Source: an uncultured Planctomycetaceae bacterium
GTDB taxonomy: Bacteria > Planctomycetota > Planctomycetia > Pirellulales > PALSA-1355
Length of the DNA: 64,000 nt
NCBI GenBank assembly: GCA_963785305.1
Contig: CAWAUV010000005.1
Coordinates: 352,001 to 416,000, forward strand
Direction: 5' to 3'
The translations under genes and the position numbers were made by a program. The notes under the pieces were generated by a model that saw only the letters and a program-made list of their open reading frames with translations, was not told the origin of the DNA and searched no databases. Shown here piece after piece: positions 11,685 to 22,099 of this stretch (position 1 is its first letter; each line of letters opens with the position of its first letter).

Positions 11685-12215
11685 ATGGTCAGCAAAATCG
11701 TTCAAGACGCGATCAATCGCCAAATCAATGCCGAGCTACATGCGTCGTACAGCTATCTGGCGATGTCGGCCTATTGCCAGCATCAAAATTTCCTTGGCTG
11801 CGCCCATTGGCTGCGCGTGCAAAGCCGCGAGGAATACGGCCATGCCATGAAGCTGTTCGACTTTCTGATGGCTCGCAACGGAATCGCGCACCTGACAGCG
11901 CTCGCCGAGCCAAGAATCAACTTCAAGCATGTGGCCGATGTGTTCGAGCATGGTCTGGCCCAGGAAGAAGAAGTGACCAAGCAAATCGACGGATTGTATG
12001 AGCTGGCGTTCAAGGAAAAGGCATTTGCCCTGGTGGTCGAGCTTCAGTGGTTCTTGACCGAGCAGGTCGAGGAAGAGAAGACGGCTCGCGAGATCGTGGG
12101 CAAGTTCAAGCTCGTGGGCAACGATCCCGCGTCGCTCTTGGACCTGGATCGGGAATTGGGCGCTGCGCGCTCGAGGATGCTTGACCGGCGAGCCTTTGAA
12201 ATCCGAGTGACTTAG
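11685..12215 (+). CDS. ftnA: Non-heme ferritin
   Basis: INRQINAELHASYSYLAMS, REEYGHAMK, LQWFLTEQVEEE ferroxidase residues; GGAG RBS before ATG 11685; extreme C-terminus may be frameshifted. Confidence 0.92.
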   Translation: MVSKIVQDAINRQINAELHASYSYLAMSAYCQHQNFLGCAHWLRVQSREEYGHAMKLFDFLMARNGIAHLTALAEPRINFKHVADVFEHGLAQEEEVTKQIDGLYELAFKEKAFALVVELQWFLTEQVEEEKTAREIVGKFKLVGNDPASLLDLDRELGAARSRMLDRRAFEIRVT

Positions 12216-12224
12216 GCGGTCATC

Positions 12225-13566
12225 ATGGCGGACGAGTTGAACCCCTATCGGGCTCCGGCCGAAGCAAGCTCGCCCGCGCCGCTTTTGGAATCGCCGGCCG
12301 ACCAGTCGCCTCGGCGCGAAGTCGACAGCCTCGCCGACTTGAGCGCGACGCAATGGAAATCGGGCGCCGCGGCGTGGCTCGGCTGGCTGTTCGACGGCCT
12401 CGACATGCATCTCTACACCGGCATCGCGGCGCCGTTCGTGGCCGAGCTGCTGCAAACCTCGAAAGACGATCCGAGCGTCGGGTGGCACGGTTCGCTCATT
12501 CAAGCGGCCTTCATGACAGGCTGGGCCCTGGGCGGGGCGCTGTTCGGACGGTTGGGCGATCGCCTCGGTCGCTCGCGGGCGCTAGTGCTCACGATTCTCA
12601 CCTACGCGATCTTCACCGGGCTCGCCTTTTTCGCCACTCATTGGTGGCACCTGCTGATATTTCGATTTCTCGCCGCGCTCGGCATCGGCGGCGAATGGGC
12701 CGTAGGCGCCTCGCTGCTCTCGGAAACATGGCCGCGACGCTGGCGGCCGTGGATCGCGGCGGTGTTGCAGACAGCCGTGAATATCGGCTCGCTCTTGGCC
12801 GGCGTGGCCACTTTTCTCCTGGCCGACGCGCCGGTGCGATGCGTGTTTCTGGTCGGAGTGCTACCGGCGCTGCTGGTCTTGTGGATCCGCCGCGAGGTGC
12901 CCGAGCCCGAGGAGTGGCATGCGGCCCGCGAGCGTCTCGCGCGGGGGCCAGTCCGTGAGGGCGCCGGGGATCTTGGACCTGTTTGGCGCTCCGCTCCGGC
13001 GCATTACGCTCTTGACCATGACCGTGTGCGCACTGTCGCTCACCGGGCACTGGGCGTTCATGTTTTGGCACCTTCAACACGTGCAGCACCTGCCCGAGGT
13101 GGCAAGTTGGGAGCAGGCGCCGAGACAGCAATATGTGGGCACGGCGCTGGCGATCGTGATGGGGTCGTCGATCATCGGCAATTTCGCGGCGGCGGCGCTG
13201 GCCCGGGCATTTGGCTATCGGCCGGCGATCGTGGGCTTGTGTCTCATGTATTTCGCGGCCATGTTTTCGACCTATTACGTGCCGCGAGACCACGAGACGA
13301 TTCTCTTTTTCATCTCGCTCGTGGGTCTTTCCCAGGGGATGTTCGGGCTGTTCACGATGTATCTGCCTCCCTTGTTTCCGCCGCTGGTGCGCACGACCGG
13401 CGCCGGGTTTTGCTACAACATCGGCCGGCTCGCGGCGGCGGCGGGAATCGTGTTGTTCGGCCTTTTTTCGGATAAGGTCGATTACCGGCTGACGCTGCTC
13501 TATGCCAGCGTCCTGTTCGTGCCGGCGGCCGTGGTGGCCATGTTTTTGCCCGAACCGAAGCAGTGA
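12225..13566 (+). CDS. MFS transporter (sialate/aromatic-acid-like); frameshift near 12950
   Basis: WLFDGLD, GRLGDRLGR motif A, GIGGEW, C-terminal half LFPPLVRTTGAGFCYNIGR in ORF 12919..13566. Confidence 0.88.
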
Positions 13567-13886
13567 CGTTGCCGGGGTCGGGGGTCGAGTATTGACGGGC
13601 CGACTTTTTCCGCCCGCGCAATTTCCCGCAAGCAATGCTGGCGCTGGCCTCGGTAGCATGCCGCGCCCGCGAATTAACCGCTGGTCGCGCAGCAAGCGGC
13701 GAATGCCATTGCCGGAATTGGGCAAAAAAGTTTTAATCGCCCCAGCTTACGCCGGTCGCTCCCTTCGCCCCGCGTCGCGCCAGCAGCGCCTCGCGATTTT
13801 GCATTACAAAGCATTAAGGCTTGCGATGCTTTCGGGAGCATATGCCGATAGAAGATATCGTACTAATTGCAACGAGGAAACCGTTC

Positions 13887-14189
13887 ATGTTGGATCGCGA
13901 ATCTTTGCGCGAAGAGCTCAAGGCGATTTTCGAGGACGACACCGGCAAGACCATCGAAACGCTTGGCGACGATATCGAACTGCGCGACGGCCTCGGCCTC
14001 GACTCGCTCGATGTCGTGAGCTTGGTGATGCGCATCGAACAACGGTACCGGATTCGTCTGGTGCATGAGGAACTGTCGCAAGTGTCGACCGTCGGCCAAC
14101 TCTTGAGCTTGATCCACGAAAAGATCGAACATGACGCGTCGTCGGCGTCGGACGCCGTCCGCGCGACCTCGCATCGCAAAGCGGCGTAA
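13887..14189 (+). CDS. Acyl carrier protein with a C-terminal extension ending RKAA
   Basis: LGLDSLDVVSLVMRIE phosphopantetheine motif, TVGQL; GAGG RBS before ATG 13887. Confidence 0.9.
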   Translation: MLDRESLREELKAIFEDDTGKTIETLGDDIELRDGLGLDSLDVVSLVMRIEQRYRIRLVHEELSQVSTVGQLLSLIHEKIEHDASSASDAVRATSHRKAA

Positions 14190-14242
14190 GCGACTCGCGC
14201 TTTCGCCGCGTCTCCCATCCAATCCATAGCAAAGGACACGAG

Positions 14243-15549
14243 GTGCTCAAACCAGCGCTGCCACCGCTTGATGCCCTCATTCAATCGTTAAGCCAGACAA
14301 GCATCGTCAAATTCTTCGAATTCGCGGAAACGCAGTTCGGAGAAGACACGCTCAAGCAATTGAGCTTCGATGCCGTCGGTCCGAACCGCGAGGTGGAGAT
14401 CGATGGCCATCGGTTGGTGAATTTCGGCTTCGATAGCTTCCTGGGCCTAGATCAAGACCCTCGCGTCAAAGACGCCGTGATTCGCGGCGCTGCGCTGGGG
14501 CACGCAGTTCGGCGCCTCGCGCGCCTTCGCCATCTGCGGGGCCGAGGTCGAGCTCGAACAAAAAATCGCCGATTGGATGGGCGCCGAAGCCGCCGTGATT
14601 TTTCCAAGCGTCACCCTGACCAATGCCGGGGTTCTTGCTGGACTCACCACGCCGCACGATGTGCTCGTCTACGACGAATTGGCGCACAACTCGATCCAAG
14701 AAGGCGCCAAGATCGCCAAGGCCAACGGAGTGCGCGTGCTCAGCTTTTCCCACAACGACCCGCGCGACCTTGAACGGGTGCTGATCCAAGCGGCGCCCTA
14801 CAACATCGCGATCATCGCCATCGATGGCGTGTACAGCATGAGCGGCGTGATCGCGCCGATGCAAGCACTGAACGAAGTAGCGCTGCGACATAATGGCGTG
14901 CTGCTCGTCGACGACGCGCATGCCACGGGAGTGCTCGGCGAGCAAGGTCGCGGCACCGTGCTCGAAGCTCTGGGCAATTACGACAACGCCGTCGCGATCG
15001 GCTGTTTCTCGAAAGCGTGCAGCGTGTTCGGCGCGTTTGTCGCGTGCAACAAGGCCCTGGCGCGCATGATCAAAATGCGGCTCGAACACCTACATCTTCG
15101 GTGGCCCGGCGCCGCCGCCGTATATCGAGGCTGCCTCGACCGTGATCGATATCTTCCGCTCGGCCGACTATGCCGGATTGCGATCGCGGCTCGACCGCAA
15201 TGTTCGCCATTTGGTCTCCGGACTCGAAGGGCTCGATCTGGTGGTGCTTGGCGGGCGATCGCCGATCGTCTCCGTGCTGGTGGGCGACGAAGAAGATGTG
15301 TTTCGAGCCGGCCGCATCGTTTTCGACCACGGCTATTATATTCAATCCGTCACCGTGCCGGCGGTTCCCTATCGCGCGGCCGTGCTGCGCATTCAAATCA
15401 ACAGCAACCACGCGTCGCAAGCGATCGATGGCCTGCTCAACGCGATGGCCGCCGTGAAACGCGAGATCGACATGCCCACGGCTTCCGCCGCGCACCGCCG
15501 GAATGTGATTCCGATTCGCGAGGGCGAGTCGCTTCGCAAGGCGGCATAG
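14243..15549 (+). CDS. PLP-dependent alpha-oxoamine synthase (BioF/SPT/KBL/CqsA family); frameshifts near 14490 and 15080
   Basis: FGFDSFLGL, GASR, DELAHNSI, FSHND, DGVYSMSG, DDAHATG, GCFSKA (PLP lysine), PAVP..LR across three frames. Confidence 0.88.
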
Positions 15550-15569
15550 CGGAGTCCGGCGCCGGAGAG

Positions 15570-15948
15570 CTAAGCGTCGCTCGCGAGGTCGAGCGAGAGC
15601 ACCGCGTCGAGGTCGGCGAAGAACTGCCCCCGCGTCACCACCCGGTCGCAGCCTGCCCGTCGGGCCTGGGCAAGTCGCTCGGCTTGCACATGCGCTCCGA
15701 AGGCGACGATCGAGAGCGGTCCGACCCCCGCGGCGCCAGAGGTCGCCGCGCGCGCCGGCGACGAGCGCCTCGATGTCGAGTCCGGGCAACGCCAGATCGA
15801 CGAGCACGAGCCGAACCGGTTCGCGGCCGATCGCCTCGAGCAGCGGTTCGAGACGCGCGATCGTCGCGAGCGCACGGCCGCGGCCGCGGGCCACGCCCGA
15901 CACTCGCGAGATCGTCATCAAATCGCCGGATACGAGGGCCACGCTCAT
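15570..15948 (-). CDS. Small atypical receiver (CheY-like) domain protein; frameshift near 15750
   Basis: MSVALVSGDLM...RLVLVDLALPG joined to IVAFGAHVQAERLAQARRAGCDRVVTRGQF. Confidence 0.65.
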
Positions 15949-15995
15949 CGTTGAAGGCTTTCGATTGACATGTGCGGGCGCCGAGAAAATAGCGA

Positions 15996-16343
15996 TCAAA
16001 CCGCCTCGGGTCCGCGGGCCCAGGGATTGAAATCCACCGCTTCCAAAGCGGGCAACACGAAGATTTTGCCATCGCCGATATTGCCATCGGGCGGCGTGCG
16101 GGCCACGGACGAGATCGTGTCGATCGTGCGTTCGAGAAAGTCTTCGTTCACCACGATCTCGAGCGCGATCTTGCGGAGTAGGTTCGTTTTGTATTCCGCC
16201 CCGCGGTAGGTTTCGGTTTGGCCCTTTTGCCGCGCGAATCCTTGCGCGTCGCACACGGTCATCCGCGTGACGCCGATCTTATCGAGCGCTTCGCGCACCG
16301 CTTTGAGCTTCGTGGGCTGAATGATCGCGATCACCATGCGCAT
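15996..16343 (-). CDS. glnK: P-II family nitrogen regulator
   Basis: IAIIQPTKL, GFARQKGQTETYRGAEY T-loop, GNIGDGKIFV. Confidence 0.92.
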   Translation of the reverse strand: MRMVIAIIQPTKLKAVREALDKIGVTRMTVCDAQGFARQKGQTETYRGAEYKTNLLRKIALEIVVNEDFLERTIDTISSVARTPPDGNIGDGKIFVLPALEAVDFNPWARGPEAV

Positions 16344-16433
16344 GGCGCTCACCTTGTCGGGAAAACGGGTCTCGATCGCCGAGCGGAGTCGGCCCGAAAG
16401 CCGCCGCCGCGGGGTCGTTCGCCTTCGAGTTCG

Positions 16434-18172
16434 TCAGCGGATGAACGTCAGACCGGGATCCGCCGGGTTTTCGCCCGAAAGCTTGAAGTTCATCCGCCCG
16501 TCGGCCACGAGTCCCACCTGCCCGACGAGCTCGTTGTTGTCGGCGGCCTTGAGCACAAGCACGTTGTCGGCCAGCGTGTAGTTGCCGCGGAGGTCTTGGG
16601 TCGTGGGTCCGTGGGCCACTTGCCAATCGAACTGCTTGTCGGCGTTGAGCGAAAGCGTGATTTTCGTGCCATCGGGCTGGCTGGCGGTCCAGGTTCCAAT
16701 CAAATTCGTGGGCGCGGGCGGGCTCAGCGCCACGGGCGCTGCTTGGGCCACGGCGGGCACGGCGCCCGGTGAGATCGAGTTGAGCAGTTGCGCCGCGAGT
16801 TGATTTTGCGGCTGCTGTCGCACCACGGTTCGCAGTTCGGCGGCGGCGGCGTCGCTCGCTCCCTGGACCATGTACTGATAGGCCAAGACAAAGGCCGCGT
16901 CGGCCGCGTTCGGATTCGCGGTGCAATAGGCCTCGAGCGCTCGCAACTGTTGGGTGTAGATATTCACGTTCGGATAAAGGCCGACGACGGTGGTCCAATC
17001 CCAGCCCGGCCCCTGCGAGAGCACCGCGTAGTCCGTGGCGGCGGCCTGCTGATAATTGCCTTGGGCAAATTGGCACAGGCCGAGAAATTGATGCAGCACG
17101 GGATCACTTGGCATTAGGGCAATTGCCTGCTCGGTGAGCGACTGCGCGGTTTGAAAATCGCCTTGCCCAAAGGCCACCCGCGCTTGATCGAACACCGCGA
17201 TCGACTGATCCTGGGGCGCGTAGCCGTTTTGGGCGAGGGCGCTGCCCGCGTTGAGATTGGGGTCGGTGTTCGTGATTCCGCCGACGGGAGTCGAGGCATA
17301 AGCGAGCGGCTGGCCGTAGTTGTATCCGGCGTAGCCCGCGCCGCCGCCGTTCCAAAAAGGATTGCTATAGCTGTAATAGCCCCAGTTCCAAGGCGACATG
17401 GATCCCATGGCCAGCCCGAGGCCCAGGCCGGTGAGCCCCCAACCGGCGCCACCATAGCCACCATAGCCACCATAGCCGCCGTAGCCACCACCCCAGCCAA
17501 CCGGGTAGTAGCCGCCGCCGCCCCAGTTGCCGTGCCAGTTGCCGTTGTACCAGCCGCCGTGGTTCCAGTTGTGGTTATTCCACTGGTTCAGGCCATAGCC
17601 GCCGGCGAAAGCATGGCCCCCGGCCCAGCCAGCATGGCCGCCAGCCCAGCCAGCCTGACCGCCGTTGAAGCCGCCCGGGTGATTGTTGAAATTGCCTCCG
17701 CCCGGGCCGAAACCATTGGCGCGCGGTCCCTGCCCCGCGGCGCCGGGACTAAAGCCGCCGGGATGTTCGCCGGGACCGGGGCCACCGGGATGGAACTGAT
17801 TGACACCGCCGGGGCGCCCACCAGCGAAGTTATTACCCTCGCCAAACGAGGGCGTGTGCCCGAAGCCGGCCGCCGCTCCGCCGGTTCGGCCGGCAAAGTT
17901 TTGGGGATGGCCGGCGAAGTTTTGCGGATGGCCCGCGGGGCCTTCAGCTCGCCCAGCGCCGCGCGCGGTTGGCCTTCGAACCCACCGGGGCGCCCCCCGG
18001 CCTGAAATCCTCCGCCGGGATGCCCTCCGGCAAAGTGGCCCCCTCCGGCGCGGCCCCCGCCGGCGTGTCCGCCACCACCGCCGCGTCCGCACCAAGCAAT
18101 TTCGGGCGAACCCAAGAGCGCCAAACCGCCGATGGCCGCGGCCAACATGCCATGCATTGATTGATTCATCAT
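16434..18172 (-). CDS. Secreted Gly/Tyr/Trp/Asn-rich low-complexity protein with TPR and C-terminal beta domain; frameshift near 17960
   Basis: Signal peptide then RGGGGGHAGG in ORF 17588..18208; GGY repeats, YSNPF, TPR (ARVAFGQGDF..DPVLHQFLGLCQFA), GPGWDWTT, LIGTWTA in ORF 16434..18095. Confidence 0.75.
17450..17491. repeat. 9-bp tandem repeats encoding (GGY)n
   Basis: ccatagcca/ccgtagcca units in the Gly-rich region. Confidence 0.8.
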
Positions 18173-18241
18173 CGCAAACTCTCGCGAAATCGGAGGAGGG
18201 AATTCCAAGGGTCCGTCATGCGTTCACTTTAGGACACACGC

Positions 18242-19404
18242 TCACGGCGCCGGCCGAGGCTTCGCGCCCGGACCCGGCGGGCTCCGAACCACGCTCACCG
18301 TCTTGATATCCGGCGAAGCTTCGCCGCCCACCAGACGATCGCGCGATTCGAATGTGTATTTGTGATCGTTCACGCGCGTGAACACTTGCGTCGCGGAGCC
18401 GACTTTGCCGTCGTGGCTCACGCCACGCAGCTTCACGATCCAGCGGTTCTTATCGCGAGTCCAGTAGCCCTCGCCAAATCCACCGTTCGAGTCGAAAATC
18501 CAGGACCGAATCTGATGGCCCACCGGATCCCAGCCGATGCGCTGCGACCCGGCCATGATCGCTTGCCCGGCCACATGCAGCGAGTATTCCGACACCAGGA
18601 AGGTGTGATTCTCGTTCCAGGCATACGTGGCTTTCACGAGCCCGCCCTCGCTCTCATCGACCCAGTCGCCCACCAGCCAGCCAAGTTGCTCGAGCTCGGT
18701 CGCGGCGGTGGCTTGCGGATCATCGAAGTCGCGGGCCGCGGCCATGAGCCACTTGCCGTTGGCCTGCTTCGCGTGGGTCACGCTGTAGCGAAGACGCTCG
18801 GGCGCTTCGCCCGGCTCATTCGTCACGGCGGTCGTGCCTTCTTCGATGGCGAGCGTGGGCGTGGCGAAAAGAATCGACTCGATCGTAATCCGCATGGTGG
18901 CGCGCGGGTGTTGGCGAAATCCGTCGGCGAAGAGGGCGGCAATGGCCTCGCGCCCTTGATCGGGCGAGCCTGATACATCGAAGATCACGGCGTTGGGAGC
19001 AAACATGGCCGCCAGGGCGCTTGTGTCTTTGGCGTCGAACGCGTGAACGAACAGTTCGGCCATATGCCGAATCGCGGCTTCATCGGCGCTCATGCCCGAG
19101 GCCGCTTGGCCTTGCGCGCCGCCCGTGCCCGCCGCTGGCGTGCCGGGCGACGCCGCCGCGCCCGATGATGGCGAGGGGCCCGATGATGGCGAGGGGCCCG
19201 ATGCAGGCGCCGCGGTCCTCGCGACCGGGGCGCCCGTGGCCGGACCAGCCGCGGGCGAGTTCGCCGGCGCGGCGTTGGGGCGACCGGCGGCCGGCGCCGG
19301 ACGCGCCGCGCCGGGTCTGGGCGCCGCGGCGCTTGGGCGGATGCCGTTGCGATCGCGCCGAGCAAACATATGCCGCCGATCAAACATGCGTTAACAGTGC
19401 GCAT
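18242..19404 (-). CDS. Secreted SgcJ/EcaC-like (SnoaL/NTF2-fold, DUF4440-type) protein; frameshift near 19345
   Basis: Signal peptide MRTVNACLIGGICLLGAIATASA, Pro/Ala linker, DEAAIR..F..AF, GREAI, LGWLVGDWVDE, IGWDP..IRSWIFDS. Confidence 0.75.
19162..19203. repeat. 18-bp tandem repeat (2.3 copies) encoding GPSPSS
   Basis: ccgatgatggcgaggggc x2 + ccgatg. Confidence 0.85.
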
Positions 19405-19586
19405 GGAAAGAACCTCGACAAGTTTGGGGTGATTTTATAATTTCGCTCGCGAGCAGCGCGACATTGTATCCGTTCGCGCCGCGTCTCGCGAGGGTCCCAG
19501 ACGGCTCGACCGAAGGCGGCGACGATCGACGGCTTGACGCATCCCTAATCGCGCGGAAGCAAATTCGGCCGGCGCCTGGGAGAATG

Positions 19587-20797
19587 TCAGTCGCCCGCCA
19601 GTTCGCGCAGCGCCTGCTCCACGCCCACCGCCACGCGCGCCGCGCGTTCATAGTCGAGCGTGTCGGGCGTGTCGGTCGGCCGGTGGTAGTTCGGGTTCCG
19701 GAAGTGGGCGGTGTCGGTGATCATCATCGCCGAGTAGCCTTGCTGCCAAAACGCCCAATGATCCGACCAGCCCACGCCATCGATTCCCTCGGGCAGCGCC
19801 GCGCCTTCCGACGGGAACCGCACGCCGCGACGAAAGGCCGCCGTGCCACGAACAACCAGATCATCCGACGCCAAGTTCCCCACGAAACCCACGAAGTCGC
19901 CGGTCGAACCATACATGAACGACACGGTGAGCGGGTAATGCTGGCTCTTCGGCTTGTCGCTATAGTAGCCCACCATTTCAAGGCTCAGCATCGCGACGAC
20001 GTTTTCTTGCATCGCGCGGCAGCGTTTGGCGTAGACCAGCGAACCCATTTGCGGAGTCTGAAAATAGGGCTCCTCTTCGTTTACGAACGCCACGAATCGC
20101 ACGGTGTGCGCCGGCTTCTCGGCCGCCAAGCGCCGGGCGAGGGTAAGCAGCATCGCCACTCCCGAGGCGTTGTCGTCGGCGCCGGGAGTGCCGCGGTTCG
20201 AGTCGTAGTGGGCGCCCAGGATCACGATCTCGTCGGCTTTGGCCGCGCCGGGAAGTTCGGCTTCGATATTGTCGCACGATTTGCCGTGGACATCGAAGTT
20301 TTGCCGCTTGGGCTTGTAGCCGGCCGCGGTGAATTGGCGCTCGATAAAATTCGCCGCCTCGACCAATTGCGGATAATGATCCAAATTCCGCTCGCCGATT
20401 TTTCCGGCGAGCTGCTCGACATCGCTCTTGAGCGATTGGGCGATGCCGTGTTCATCGTCGCTCAGCGCCGGCAGGGGGCCGGCGAAGCTATCGCCGGGCG
20501 CGTGAAACATGGGCGTGCGGCGTTTGGACTTGACGGCGGGCCGTGGGGTCGAGGCCGGGGGTCCGCGGCGCCGGTTGTGTTCGCGTCGTCCGCGGGTTCC
20601 GCCGGCTTGCCCTCGGTATTATTCGCGGCCACCGGACCTTTCTCCGCCGCCGACGCCACCTGCTCGCCGACGGTCGGCTCGTTCACTCGGCCGCAGCCGG
20701 CGCCCAGCGCGGCCAGAAGCATCAGTGTCCAGCCGCCGAGGTCGCATGGAACCGCCCAGCCGCCGCGGAATTTTCGATGGGTGATCGTGCTTCGCAT
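19587..20797 (-). CDS. M28 family metallopeptidase, probable lipoprotein; frameshift near 20545
   Basis: GAHYDS, PGADDNASG, NEEEP, WSDH, YHRPTDT; lipobox-like LGAGC in ORF 20462..20797. Confidence 0.88.
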
Positions 20798-20841
20798 GCG
20801 TGCAGTATATCGGTCCCGACGGCGATTAGCCTAGGGGCGAG

Positions 20842-21324
20842 CTACTCGGCGGATGCTCGCGCGGGCCGCGCCACGCTTCGCAAAACGCCGTTGACTTGCA
20901 CGCAATAGCCAAGCGCCGCCGAGAGCGCGGTCTGCAAACCGATCAATTGCCACCCAGAAATCGTCGCCCGCGGCCAGCGCCAGGCGATTGCATGCACCGC
21001 GACCAGCAGGATCGCCAGGGCCGCGAGGCCATTCGTAAGCGCCAAACGAATCGCAGGGCCGCGCCACGGTTCGCGCGGGCGAACATCGGGCCCCGCCGCT
21101 CCAGAGCGCAGAAACAACACCCCGTTCATCACGCCGAAAAATGTCGCCAGCGAGAACAAGAGAAACGCCATGGGCCCGAGAAATATCTCGACCGAAAAAC
21201 GCCCCGTGAGCGGCACGCTCGCTTGCGAATGCAAAAAATACCAGCACACGGGGCCGTTGATCAGCACATTGATCACGGCGTCGCGCGGGCCGGCGACCGT
21301 GAGTGCGAATCGCCAGAGAGTCAT
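20842..21324 (-). CDS. Hypothetical membrane protein (about 4 TM helices)
   Basis: Hydrophobic 160-aa ORF co-directional between aquaporin and M28 genes. Confidence 0.55.
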   Translation of the reverse strand: MTLWRFALTVAGPRDAVINVLINGPVCWYFLHSQASVPLTGRFSVEIFLGPMAFLLFSLATFFGVMNGVLFLRSGAAGPDVRPREPWRGPAIRLALTNGLAALAILLVAVHAIAWRWPRATISGWQLIGLQTALSAALGYCVQVNGVLRSVARPARASAE

Positions 21325-21361
21325 GCGGACGAATGCTCCGGTTCGTGTTCCATGCCAACGA

Positions 21362-22099
<738 letters not shown>

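Noticed and set aside
15070..16254. 394-aa minus-strand ORF overlapping P-II and the synthase
   Set aside because: Only 15750-15948 looks coding (N-terminal half of the receiver-like gene); the rest overlaps real genes.
17450..19203. Short tandem repeats considered as a CRISPR array
   Set aside because: Units are 9, 18 or 21 bp, in frame within coding sequence, without unique spacers; no cas genes.
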